Virus record (IMG/VR): IMGVR_UViG_3300028840_001395
Location: 186,001-250,000 of that record
Reading direction: 5' to 3' (one strand)
DNA length: 64,000 bases
Each line of letters starts with the position of its first letter. Position 1 is the stretch's first letter. This document shows positions 38,525 to 48,160 of this stretch, piece by piece. The notes under the pieces were generated by a model. That model was not told where the DNA came from, made no database searches, and saw only the letters and a list, made by a program, of their open reading frames with translations. The position numbers and the translations under genes are program-made.

Positions 38525-39546
38525 CAGAACCAATCCAGGCCGAACACGGCGTTGCGGACTTCATCCCAGTAGGCGAACTCTCGACACTCATCCAAGGAGT
38601 ACGTCTTGCGAAGCTCCGACCCGAACGTCGTGATGCGGGCCAACAGCCCAAGCTCGTTCTGGAAGTGCCACCACTCGGCTCCGCCCGCGTTGCCCGAAGT
38701 GAAGAAGCTCCGCCGGGCGCGGATGCGGTTGAAGCCGTGCTTGAGGGCGACATCGGTGAAGCTGAAGAACACCCCCTGCACCCGCTTGGTTGTCGGGATG
38801 TGGACGGTATTGCCCCCCGAGTCCTTCTGCTCGATGACCTGCCATGCCTCGATGGTCATCTTACCACCGGCCACGGAGCCGCCGTAGAGCTTCTTGATGA
38901 GCGCATCCTTGTCCAACGAGGACCGGCACCAGACCTCCCAGTGTCGGTCGGAGTGCGGGTCGGCTTCGATGATGTAGGGGTCTGTCTCGGGATCGGCCAT
39001 CCCTGACAAGGGAGCGAGGTCGAAGGCCCGTCCGACATAGTGGAAGGACTTCTTCGAGCGGTTGGCGTTCGACCCCGCCGTGAGCAACCTCCGGCCACCC
39101 GCCGAGGTGACGATGCCACCGAGGTCGTGAACCTCGTCATAGAGGGCCTGGTAGAAGGGTGCGATGTCTGACCGGAGAACGGTGCCCTCGTTGCCCTGGC
39201 CGTTGAACTGGTCAGCCGGGCAGGCGGGCCAGTAGGGCTTGGTCAGGTTGAGCTGGCTGCCGTCATCGTCGCTCGGCTCGATCTCGGTATCGGGGGTCAC
39301 ATCTACGTTGTAGTCGATGTGGTAGGCTGCTCCCCCGTCGCCCAGAGCGAAGTTGTAGGCCGAAAGGGTGCTGTCCCCCACCTCACCATCCGAAAGGAGC
39401 CCAGAGGCCGTCTGGAAGGCGCTGACGGCTCTTTCTGTCCCCTCTCCGAACACCCCATCTGCGATGCCGGGATGATAGCCCAGGTAGGCGAGTCCTAGCT
39501 GGAGGTTGCGGACATCCTCTCCGCGTGATCCTATCCTCAGAATCAT
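38524..39546 (-). CDS. Peptidoglycan-binding + M15-like zinc peptidase (endolysin or virion lysin)
   Basis: PG_binding_1 pattern LRIGSRGEDVRNLQ...DGVFGEGTERAVSAFQ...DGEVG; SFHYVGRAFD and EWWHFQ. Confidence 0.85.
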   Translation of the reverse strand: MILRIGSRGEDVRNLQLGLAYLGYHPGIADGVFGEGTERAVSAFQTASGLLSDGEVGDSTLSAYNFALGDGGAAYHIDYNVDVTPDTEIEPSDDDGSQLNLTKPYWPACPADQFNGQGNEGTVLRSDIAPFYQALYDEVHDLGGIVTSAGGRRLLTAGSNANRSKKSFHYVGRAFDLAPLSGMADPETDPYIIEADPHSDRHWEVWCRSSLDKDALIKKLYGGSVAGGKMTIEAWQVIEQKDSGGNTVHIPTTKRVQGVFFSFTDVALKHGFNRIRARRSFFTSGNAGGAEWWHFQNELGLLARITTFGSELRKTYSLDECREFAYWDEVRNAVFGLDWF

Positions 39547-39621
39547 GGCCCCTCCACGGTCGATTCTATCTACCGATACGCGATAGACAAATCACCATAC
39601 CACCGAGGGGCTTGTGAGGGG

Positions 39622-39936
39622 TCAGTTGATGTGGAAATGAACCTCGACCCGTCGAGGCTCGGGACGGGTCTCTCGTTCGATCCAGTTGATGAGCGTCCCC
39701 CTGTACATGGACATCAGTTCGGCGGCGTCCTCCCAGGTGCCACCGGCCTGCTCCACGTCCCGCACGAAGTCCAGAGCTTGTTGGCGGGTCTTGTCGTGGT
39801 AACGGCATCGACGGCCCCGCGACCGGGCCTCCTTGGCGATGCGCTTCATCTTGACCAGGAACCGAAGGTGCTCCGTTGCGTCCATCCGAACCTCCTCTGT
39901 ATAGACTTCGGGGTGTTGCAGGTGGCGTGCCATCAC
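39622..39936 (-). CDS. Small hypothetical protein, possible HTH, probably leaderless
   Basis: TATAAT just upstream of GTG/ATG; WEDAAELMSMYRGTLINW resembles an HTH. Confidence 0.6.
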   Translation of the reverse strand: MMARHLQHPEVYTEEVRMDATEHLRFLVKMKRIAKEARSRGRRCRYHDKTRQQALDFVRDVEQAGGTWEDAAELMSMYRGTLINWIERETRPEPRRVEVHFHIN

Positions 39937-40152
39937 TATTATATGCTCCCCACCCCCGTATTGATTGCAGTTTTTTCAAGTCGCCCGCTTAGCCTCATGG
40001 CGTTTACCACAGAGTAAATGGCGATTGACTCCAGAGTAAACACCCGTCCCGAAGTCGGGTATGGCTGATACAAGCCCATCTTAGCTATAGTGCCGGGCCG
40101 TCTCAGGGTCACCCCCTTGGCACACCAGGGGAGCGTCTGAGCCAAAGAAAGT

Positions 40153-40731
40153 TCAGGTGAGGTCGCGGGCGTCCCGCAGCTTGTCGAGGGTGTCCTGCAT
40201 CAGATCTACGGCCTTCTGGCTCCGGCCCTGTCGCAGAATGTAGGACGGGTGGTAGGCCGCGAGGAGAGGAATATCTCCCGCGTCGAGGTAGGTCAGATCC
40301 GTCCGCCGGGCCAGTGACCCCATCGTCGTGAACTGAAGAGACAGACGGCAGCCGGAGAAGCGACCCAGGGTGATGATGGCAGCGGGCTTGATGACCTGGA
40401 TTTGTTGTTCCAGGTAGGGCAGGCAGGCGACAAGCTCGCCGGACTCAGGGTCTCGGTTGCCGGGCGGACGGCACTTGAGCATGTTGGCGATGAATACGTG
40501 GTTCCGGCTCATCCCGGCCTTCTTCAAGAGCTTGTCGAGCAGATGCCCCGACCGGCCCACGAAGGGGAGGCCCTGCTCATCCTCATCCTTGCCCGGAGCC
40601 TCGCCCACAATCATGATGCCTGCAGCGTCGTTGCCCGCTCCGAACACGGGGTTGGTTCGGGTCGCGTGGAGCGGGCAGCGGGTACAGACGGCTATCGCCG
40701 TGTCGATCTCCTTGAGTGACTCGGGCATCAC
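40153..40731 (-). CDS. Uracil-DNA glycosylase family 4 (4Fe-4S)
   Basis: [34 protein letters not shown]. Confidence 0.92.
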   Translation of the reverse strand: MMPESLKEIDTAIAVCTRCPLHATRTNPVFGAGNDAAGIMIVGEAPGKDEDEQGLPFVGRSGHLLDKLLKKAGMSRNHVFIANMLKCRPPGNRDPESGELVACLPYLEQQIQVIKPAAIITLGRFSGCRLSLQFTTMGSLARRTDLTYLDAGDIPLLAAYHPSYILRQGRSQKAVDLMQDTLDKLRDARDLT

Positions 40732-41546
40732 TTGGCCCCTTCCACTTCGAGCCAGTTGCCGTTCTCATCCATCATCTTCATCTTACCCACCACCGAATCG
40801 TAGTAGAGGTCGCCAGGCTTCGCCCCAGTCGGGTCGGAAAGGACATTGGCGGTCTTCGGGAACGGCTGAAGATTTACCGGGAATTTCTTGGGTTTCGGTG
40901 GCTCCCACCCCCTCGTCCGGATGTCCCCGTTGTTCTTGAGCAGGTCGAGCGCACCCTCCCTGGTCATCTCGAACAGAAACTCATCGTCCTCCGCGAAGGC
41001 GTGATACTTGGCCGGGGCTGCCGTTGATTCCCAGGAGCAGTCTATCAGCCGGATCTCCCGCACCATCGAGAACGGCCCCTCGGCCCGGCGGATAGCCCGT
41101 GTCTTCCAGAGAACATCCTCGTAGGCACGGGCCTGGATGCGACGGGTGCCCCCGACCATCCCAACCACCTGGCCCTGGCTGTTCTTGTTCGTGCTGAAGT
41201 AGGCGGAGTGCCCCTGCGAAGCGAGCACCGTCAGGCTGTTGCGGCGCTCCCAGGCCGTTGCGTGCCCGAGGTTCGCCAGAATGTCGTTCAGGAGGTCTTG
41301 GAGCTTGCGCTCTATCTGGTGGTCAGGGGCGACGATGAGGACATCCTCCTGCGCCATGCGGAGAGCAGCCGAGACAAGCATCCAGGTCGTGGCCCCGATC
41401 CCTCGGAACTGGTAGGCCATCGTCCCCCGGCGAGGGTCGGGATCCTTGGGGTCAATGATGCCTTCACGATTGAACGCGAGCCGATTCTGGATGAACGTGT
41501 CGAGGGGGGTGAGACCCAGGCTCTCATAGGCCTGGTCGAGGGTCAT
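40728..41546 (-). CDS. Hypothetical protein, paralogue of 41549-42124
   Basis: [16 protein letters not shown]...[14 protein letters not shown]. Confidence 0.75.
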   Translation of the reverse strand: MTLDQAYESLGLTPLDTFIQNRLAFNREGIIDPKDPDPRRGTMAYQFRGIGATTWMLVSAALRMAQEDVLIVAPDHQIERKLQDLLNDILANLGHATAWERRNSLTVLASQGHSAYFSTNKNSQGQVVGMVGGTRRIQARAYEDVLWKTRAIRRAEGPFSMVREIRLIDCSWESTAAPAKYHAFAEDDEFLFEMTREGALDLLKNNGDIRTRGWEPPKPKKFPVNLQPFPKTANVLSDPTGAKPGDLYYDSVVGKMKMMDENGNWLEVEGAK

Positions 41547-41548
41547 GC

Positions 41549-42124
41549 TCAAGGTGCCTCCCACCCGACCGTCTGGATGTCCTCATTCATCCGAATGAGG
41601 TCGAGGGCACCACTTCCAGTCAGCTCGAAGAGAAACCCACCGTCCCCACCGAAGGCGAGGAACTGGTCACGGCCTGGCTCATCCCACGGGGCGCTCTTTC
41701 GCCGGATCTCGTGGATTCTCCCGAACGGCCCCCGTTCGGCCTTCAGGGTGGCCTTGGCCTTCCAGTCGTAGTCGTGGAACTTCGGGCCGAAGAAAGGCCG
41801 CTCTCCTCGACCGTTGCTACAGAAGGCCCGGCTGTTGTTTACCGACTTGAGGCACCTGACATCCATCCCCTTGTCCCAGGAAGCGAAGTAACCCAACCCC
41901 TTGAGAATGCGGCGCAACGGGTTCAAGAGGTCTTCTCCATTGGGGTCAATCAGGAGCACACTGCCCCTTCTCATCTTCAAGGCGGCGGACACCAGCATCC
42001 AGGTCGTGGCCCCGATGCCCTGGTGGAACGGTCGCCCGTCTCTTCGGTTCCAGGAGGCCCTCTGCTCGATGAAGTCATCGAGGGGTGTCAGACCGAGCTT
42101 GCGGTAGGCCTCGTGGAGAGTCAT
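41549..42124 (-). CDS. Hypothetical protein, paralogue of 40728-41546
   Basis: MTLHEAYRKLGLTPLD...[14 protein letters not shown]. Confidence 0.75.
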   Translation of the reverse strand: MTLHEAYRKLGLTPLDDFIEQRASWNRRDGRPFHQGIGATTWMLVSAALKMRRGSVLLIDPNGEDLLNPLRRILKGLGYFASWDKGMDVRCLKSVNNSRAFCSNGRGERPFFGPKFHDYDWKAKATLKAERGPFGRIHEIRRKSAPWDEPGRDQFLAFGGDGGFLFELTGSGALDLIRMNEDIQTVGWEAP

Positions 42125-42136
42125 GCCCCTACTACC

Positions 42137-42715
42137 CTATCCAAGCAGATCCTTTACCGGGTGAATCCGCTCTTGCTTGAATAGAGGATACCCGGCCTTC
42201 CAGTCTTCGAGGAAGGACGCAGACATCTCGGTGTCGATCAGACGCTCGATGACCGTCCGGCGAGGGACATCGAAGCCGAAGTAGACCCAGCCTTCGGGGA
42301 TGACCCCGATGATGCGGTCCGGCAGGCGACCTCGGTGATTCGGCTCCTCGGTGCGCCAGGTCAAGTCCACCACCTTGCCGTTGATGGCCAGCCAAGCGTG
42401 CAACACGGGCATTCCTGCCGGGCCACAGGCATAGCCCTCGCAGTAGGTCAGGGTCTCGGCCTGGTCGTAGAACAGGAGCACCTGAGCGTTGTAGAAGCAC
42501 TCCCCCAGCTTGAACCGCTTGCCCCAGTTGTCCACAGCGGCGAAGACCTGCTTGCGCTCCTCGGCGGTCAGGGGCGCGGACAGATACTCGTGACCACGGT
42601 CGAGGAGGTAATCCTCGGCACCGAGATAGTTGTATCCCTTCGGGGGATTCATGATATACCGCTTCATCTCAAGGATGGCCCGGAGGAAGTCACGGAGCCG
42701 GTCAGCCTGGGTCAC
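42137..42715 (-). CDS. Hypothetical protein (CFYNA...YCEG...HAW, transglutaminase-like triad candidate)
   Basis: GECFYNA, EGYA, LHAWL, VVDLT; AGGAGG RBS and GTG start. Confidence 0.65.
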   Translation of the reverse strand: MTQADRLRDFLRAILEMKRYIMNPPKGYNYLGAEDYLLDRGHEYLSAPLTAEERKQVFAAVDNWGKRFKLGECFYNAQVLLFYDQAETLTYCEGYACGPAGMPVLHAWLAINGKVVDLTWRTEEPNHRGRLPDRIIGVIPEGWVYFGFDVPRRTVIERLIDTEMSASFLEDWKAGYPLFKQERIHPVKDLLG

Positions 42716-44050
42716 CTTGAGTCCTCCTTGCGACGCTCCCAGCCTCAATCATCTGACGGGCGCGAGCAAGTTCGTCGCAAGGCCCCAGGCGCTCGTCCTC
42801 GGTCACGGCGGATTCCATGTCATCGAAGTACAGCTTCTCGTCACAGTTGATGAGAGTCATCCATCCCTCCAACGGACGGAACTGCCAGATGGGGCTACAA
42901 AAAACCCTCCCATCCTTCATCTTGACGAGGGTGTCGTGCATGTATCCTCCCGATCAGTGCAAGCCCTGCTCCCGTCGCTTCTGGAGTTCGACGTTGATCT
43001 CGGCCAAGAGGTAGTCGGTGTCGGGGATCTTGACGGTGGCCCGCTGGAGCCTGCGCCGCCATCGCCGCAGCTCGTCGCTGGAGTGCCTGATCACGACGCG
43101 ACACACCACGTCGCGGGTGTAGCCGCAGGCCTCGTTGAACACGCGCTCATGCCTGTCCGCAAGGCCGTCCGTGTCGGTGACCCAACACCGGAGGACGCGC
43201 TCCAGCACGTCCTTGGCGCTCTGAAGCTCGATGCCCTTGATCAGGACAGCATCCCGGACGAGTCTCTCGACCTCGGCCTGGGTGTAGGTGCGTTCGTCAG
43301 CCATCGCCGTCCATCTCCTTCTGGGCCTCTGCGACGCCCTTCGCATAAGCCCGGATGTAGGTCAGGATGGCGTTGAGCTTGTCGTTGATACCCACGAGCA
43401 GCAGGATGGTGACGGTCCAGGCGAACCCGACCAGGAAGCCCCGGAGGCCCACGTCGAGAACCCACCAGCCCACCGCGAGTCCCACGGCCAGGGCAACGAT
43501 GGTACCGAGGACCATCAGGATGCCGTTCTTGATGCGCTCACGCAGGTACATCTTGGCTCCCCCTCTCAATCCCGGCCCCCTTGAGCCAGCCGTTCTCCCA
43601 CTGCCGGTGCTTGCGGGTGCCGGGCTTGTGGGGGTTGATGTCCTCCATCATCACGAGGCAGATGTCGCGGCTCCGACCCTCGAACAGCCCGAACTTGGCC
43701 AGCTCGTGGTAGGCCGCTTCGCCCTTCTTGGTTGCCCGGTTGGACAGTCGGTCGAGCATGGTCATCCCTCACTCCCCCCGTCGCGGGTTGCCGGGGCAAC
43801 CGCTGCAGTAGCCCTCGCAGCCACCCTCACCGCCGCAGATGCCAGCCGCCCAGAACAGACCACGCGGGGCGCGGGCGGGCTCGCGGGCCATCGCGGCATC
43901 CACGGCCATCTCGGCGGCGGTGTCCGCGTCCACGCCGTTCGCCACCAGCTCGGCGGCGACCTCATCCCACGGGCGGCTGTCCTGTGCCATCCTCGCGCTC
44001 CTTTCCGGGGTGGTGACGGCCCTTGCCCGCTCAGGCTCGGTAACTGTCAC
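42702..44050 (-). other. Five small hypothetical CDSs (42702-42941, 42954-43304, 43297-43551 two-TM, 43538-43765, 43769-44050)
   Basis: Contiguous ORFs downstream of promoter copy 14. Confidence 0.6.
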
Positions 44051-44065
44051 TCTCCCCCGTTGTCT

Positions 44066-44094
44066 AGACTACTCTGTCACCGACCGGGATAAGC
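44066..44094 (-). promoter_or_regulatory. Phage motif promoter copy 14
   Basis: GCTTAT-N17-TAGTCT. Confidence 0.8.
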
Positions 44095-44325
44095 CGTTCC
44101 CTCGGCCCACTCGCGGTAGCGGTCGAGCTGCGCCTCGGCCTCCGCGATGGCCTGCTCCAGGGTCAGCCAGGGAGGCACCCCGGTGTCGTCGCCGTCGCGG
44201 AGCAGCCGCAGGTCGTGCTCGGTCTCGGCCACGCACTCCCAGGGGGTCGGCGCGTCGAAGTTGAGCGGCTCCCGCCGCATGTCCTCACGCGCATCTGCGA
44301 TCTCGGCTCCGAACACGTTCATCAT
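44077..44325 (-). CDS. Small acidic hypothetical protein
   Basis: Promoter and GAGGAGG RBS. Confidence 0.65.
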   Translation of the reverse strand: MMNVFGAEIADAREDMRREPLNFDAPTPWECVAETEHDLRLLRDGDDTGVPPWLTLEQAIAEAEAQLDRYREWAEGTAYPGR

Positions 44326-44340
44326 CTTTCCTCCTCACCT

Positions 44341-44369
44341 AGACTACTCTGGGCCAGAGAGAAATAAGA
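44341..44369 (-). promoter_or_regulatory. Phage motif promoter copy 15 (left arm of divergent pair)
   Basis: TCTTAT-N17-TAGTCT. Confidence 0.8.
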
Positions 44370-44411
44370 CCCTTCTTTTCAAAAGAAATCGCGCATATTC
44401 GCGCGTGAGGG

Positions 44412-44440
44412 TCTTATCTCGGGCTGCAGGGGAGTAGTCT
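44412..44440 (+). promoter_or_regulatory. Phage motif promoter copy 16 (right arm of divergent pair)
   Basis: TCTTAT-N17-TAGTCT. Confidence 0.8.
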
Positions 44441-44458
44441 AGGTGAGGCAAGAGGAGG

Positions 44459-44968
44459 ATGACGATGAGCTGGGATGACGACTGGGATGAGTGGGACGAG
44501 GCCGGTGACTTTCACTGGGTCAAGTGCTCCCACTGCGGGTGGTCGGGCAAGACGGATGGCGACCCCGAGTGTGGCTGCTACGACCGTCACGGCGAGTCCG
44601 AGCCCCGTGAGCCGGACGAGTCCTGCGAGTGCGGGGCGTGCCGGTGGGAGGACATCGAGTACAACCCGACCTGCACCGAGTGCGGGACGGGGCCGCTCAC
44701 CGAGGGCATCTACCGCACCTCGACCCACACGGCCCGCAAGCACTTCTACGCGGGTTCCCCCAACATCGAGATCCGCCCCGGCGACCGCTACCGCAAGACG
44801 GTCAGCCGGGACTTCTACCCCGGTGGGGCGTGGGGTCCCTGGCACCTCCACCGGAAACGCATCTCCAAGGGCTGGGGCTGGGCCGACCAGCACACGGTCG
44901 AGCCGAAGCCCTCGGGCTGGGACGAGCAACGGGCGTGGGACGGACACCCGCTCGGAGATTCCGCATGA
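44459..44968 (+). CDS. Cys-rich hypothetical protein
   Basis: CSHC, CGC, CECGAC, CTEC; GAGGAGG RBS. Confidence 0.7.
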   Translation: MTMSWDDDWDEWDEAGDFHWVKCSHCGWSGKTDGDPECGCYDRHGESEPREPDESCECGACRWEDIEYNPTCTECGTGPLTEGIYRTSTHTARKHFYAGSPNIEIRPGDRYRKTVSRDFYPGGAWGPWHLHRKRISKGWGWADQHTVEPKPSGWDEQRAWDGHPLGDSA

Positions 44969-46231
44969 CCGACCTCCCCCGAACTCGTGACGCCATTGCG
45001 GCCTACGACCGCGAGTGGGCCAAACCCACCAAGAGCTATGCGAAGCTCGAAGAACTGGGCGAGGCGGTCGGCATCGCCTTCGGTGAGGACACCAAGGAGT
45101 TCAACAACCCGGCCAACTGCCGGGCGCTCGTGCGACCCGGCCCGCCGATTCCAGGGCCAGGGTTCGAGCTGTCCTTCGTCCGGAGGATGGTCAAGAGATG
45201 GGTGGAGGGCCGATGACCCGCAAAGGAAATCCCGGAGATACCTGCCCCGTCTGTCGGGGTGGAGGCCACTACCTGCACATCGAGCGCTGGGAGTCCGGCG
45301 AGATCATGTGGGACGGCTTCATCGAATGCGAGAACTGCGACGGCATCGGGGTCGTCCCTGATGACGAGGAGGAGATCGAATGAGCGACGGAGCATCTATC
45401 CCCCGCTGGCCCTACGACTGCGACAACTGCAAGTTCAACTGGAACTGCGGCCCTCGCGCCCGCTGCAACTACACCTACCACATCGATGACAAGGAAGCGG
45501 GCCAGCTCAACCGCTTCGGGCAGGCCCACAAGATGAAACCCACGCCCCCGGCCCGACTGCGGGCTGTTCGGCGTATTGTAAAGAAGATGCGGGAGGAGCG
45601 GGGATACGCATGACCATCGAGGAAGCTCTCCAGTGGTGCATGGACAACGGAGTCGAACTCGGCTTCGGGACGCACCCGCACGACGGGTCACCCACGGTCT
45701 CGATGCGACACGGCATCATCACACGGGACTGGGAGCCAGGCACCTCGGCGGAGAAGATCATCCGGCTCGTGAAGCGAGCAACGAGGGACGATTGACCACG
45801 ATGGCGAAGAGATGGAGTGACGGGGACTGGATCGACTTCTTCGTCCTGCGGTTCCTGCCCGTTGTGGGCATCCTGCTCGGGGGCATCACCCTCTGGGCAC
45901 TCGGGGTAACCATCAAGACGGTCTTCTGGGCACTCGGAGGGTGACGCTGATGCACAGATTCCTGATGGAAAGCAAGTACGGCGGTGTGATCATCGCCTCC
46001 TTCGGGGCCATTCTGATCGCGGGCTTCCTCACTCTCGTCACCTACCTGCATGAGGCCCGCCAGGAGAGACAGGCTCGTCGGATGGAGATGCTGAATCTGT
46101 CCCTTGACATCCTGCTGGACTCCGCGAAGCATGAGCAGGAGCGCAAGGAGAAGCTCAAGGAGATCAAGGCCAACCAGCACCCCTTCCAGGAGTTCTGGGA
46201 CGCACCCTATCAGAAGGGCGGAGGCGACTGA
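44965..46231 (+). other. Six small hypothetical CDSs (44965-45216, 45213-45383 Zn finger, 45380-45613, 45610-45795, 45801-45944 TM, 45941-46231 TM)
   Basis: Contiguous ORFs with ATGA/GTGA overlaps. Confidence 0.6.
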
Positions 46232-47052
46232 TGGGCATCCGGGTCAACAAGGTCATCGGCTACGGGGTGAAGAACCTCAAGCCCGATGACCCCCGCGTCG
46301 ATTGGAAGGAGCTTCACCATCCCGAGCGCCGTGAGAAGCGATACGACACGGACATGTCCCAGTTCATCCGCTGGCTCCAACGCAAGAAGGTTCAGGAGCG
46401 CCTGATGGCACTGAACCTGCGGGAGTATCCTGGCATCGATGACGGGATGCGACGCTTCATCGAGACTGACATCAAGTTCCTCATCCAGAACATCAAGACC
46501 CAGATGAAGAACAGCCCAACCGCGTGGCTCTACCTGCGAGGTGGCCCTTCAGCGTGTCTTGTCCACGAGGGCGAAGGCAGCAAGCAGAACGTGATGGTGT
46601 TCCTCCAGCCCGATTGCCCGGACTGGCACCGGCACGACGACATCATGGACTACTACGAGGAGACCAGGAGCGACGGCCCAAGTAGCCGCGTGGTGGACTT
46701 GACGAACCGAGGGGGCATCCACCCCTACAACAGCGCCATGATTCGCTTCAGGAAGCCCTCCAAGGGCGTCTACGAGGGTCAGAAGAAGCCCTTCGAGAGC
46801 AAGCACGACCTCCGGGTGGATGAACACGGTCTCGTCTCGATGGGTGTCGGCACCTACAACCAGTTGGTCGGTCGCTGGGACCCCAAGATGAAACCGTGGG
46901 CCAAGGGGAAGTTCCTGGCCCACCTCCGGCGGTCGTGGAGACCGAAGGTGCCTCTCGGTGTGCTCGCTGTGATGCTCTGGCACGACTGCTTTCCGAACCT
47001 GGAGAAGTTCATCGATGACCTCCGACCCATGATCTACGTCTGGTGGGGTTGA
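46231..47052 (+). CDS. Hypothetical protein (273 aa)
   Basis: MGIRVNKVIGYG...RPMIYVWWG; TGATG coupling. Confidence 0.75.
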   Translation: MGIRVNKVIGYGVKNLKPDDPRVDWKELHHPERREKRYDTDMSQFIRWLQRKKVQERLMALNLREYPGIDDGMRRFIETDIKFLIQNIKTQMKNSPTAWLYLRGGPSACLVHEGEGSKQNVMVFLQPDCPDWHRHDDIMDYYEETRSDGPSSRVVDLTNRGGIHPYNSAMIRFRKPSKGVYEGQKKPFESKHDLRVDEHGLVSMGVGTYNQLVGRWDPKMKPWAKGKFLAHLRRSWRPKVPLGVLAVMLWHDCFPNLEKFIDDLRPMIYVWWG

Positions 47053-47054
47053 CC

Positions 47055-47231
47055 ATGTGGGAGGGACTACGGCGCTGGGTGGTCGTGTTGATGGGCATCT
47101 TCTGGATGCTAGCTGCTGCTGTCTATCTGACGACGGAGAAGGCTCACGTTGTCTCGGGCGTCACGCTCTTGGTTGCGGGAGCCTTGACTGTGGGCATCGG
47201 GTTCCTGATGGCGGAGTGGGAGTCTAGGTGA
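47055..47231 (+). CDS. Small two-TM membrane protein
   Basis: Two hydrophobic helices. Confidence 0.6.
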   Translation: MWEGLRRWVVVLMGIFWMLAAAVYLTTEKAHVVSGVTLLVAGALTVGIGFLMAEWESR

Positions 47232-48124
47232 ACATCAAGAATCTCCGACCGGGTGTCCGCGTCCGGGTGCAGCACGGCCTCGATCATCGAAAGGCACCCC
47301 CGACCGGACAGTCCTACATCGACGCACGAGAGCCGCACGAGGGGTGCATCGGACTCATTGTCAGCACCTACGATGAAGAGGGCCGTGCTGCCTGGGTGCG
47401 CTTCGATGACGGGGTGGACGCGCCATTCTGGTTTTACGAGCTTGACCATGCCCCTCATTCAGCGCAAGTGTCCGAAGATACTGGATGGGAAGGAAATCCA
47501 CCGGGGAGCTGTCAGAATGACGACCTCCCGAGCGTCACAGAGGGCATGGAGGAAGAAACCATGCCTGAGATTCACATTCACGACTTCGTTCGCCGCCAGA
47601 CCCCCGACAGCCGGTTCTCCCACTGGCTCCTGTCCGACGAGGAGCTTCTCGACCGCATCTACCAGGGCTGGGACAAGCGCCAGCAGGGCTACCGGGATGG
47701 TGTCATCCTCGTGCCTGTGGACCCCGAGGGCTTCTTCACGGGCGTCGTGACGCTCCAGGAGGGTGACAAGCTGCGGGGCTCGTTCGTCCCCCGCCAGAAG
47801 GGTGAAGACCCCCGCAAGCAGACCTCGCTCGACTCCGGCAAGTCCGACGTGGCCAGTCGGAAGCCTCCCGCCGTGGCGGTCGATATCGTGCTCTACCGGG
47901 ACGACGTGCTGGCCGAGGACGGCGACGACACGGGCCACGAGTGGAACATCATCTCGGTCAACGCCAATCCCGTGGAAGGGACTGTGCCCATGTCTCCGGG
48001 CACCCTGATGGCCAACCACTTCCACGACTCGGGCGGCACTCAGACGGACATGAGCGACGAGGAGTTCGTCAAGGCCCTCCGCGAGGCGTACTTCTTCTGG
48101 AAGGACAAGGCCTTCATCGGCTGA
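47228..48124 (+). CDS. DUF3228-like protein (domain from 47561) with in-frame N-terminal SH3/KOW-like domain
   Basis: FVRRQ...SRFSH, GYRDGVILVPV, GEDPRK, VLAED, NHFHDSGGT, FWKDKA; internal GGAGG + ATG at 47561. Confidence 0.65.
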   Translation: MNIKNLRPGVRVRVQHGLDHRKAPPTGQSYIDAREPHEGCIGLIVSTYDEEGRAAWVRFDDGVDAPFWFYELDHAPHSAQVSEDTGWEGNPPGSCQNDDLPSVTEGMEEETMPEIHIHDFVRRQTPDSRFSHWLLSDEELLDRIYQGWDKRQQGYRDGVILVPVDPEGFFTGVVTLQEGDKLRGSFVPRQKGEDPRKQTSLDSGKSDVASRKPPAVAVDIVLYRDDVLAEDGDDTGHEWNIISVNANPVEGTVPMSPGTLMANHFHDSGGTQTDMSDEEFVKALREAYFFWKDKAFIG

Positions 48125-48160
48125 TCATGGGGTATCATAGGTGAACCGAGGAGGTTCACC

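Noticed and set aside
40153-40731. UdgX (covalent uracil-binding variant)
   Set aside because: Lacks the KRRIH R-loop; has the ordinary family-4 KCRPPGNR
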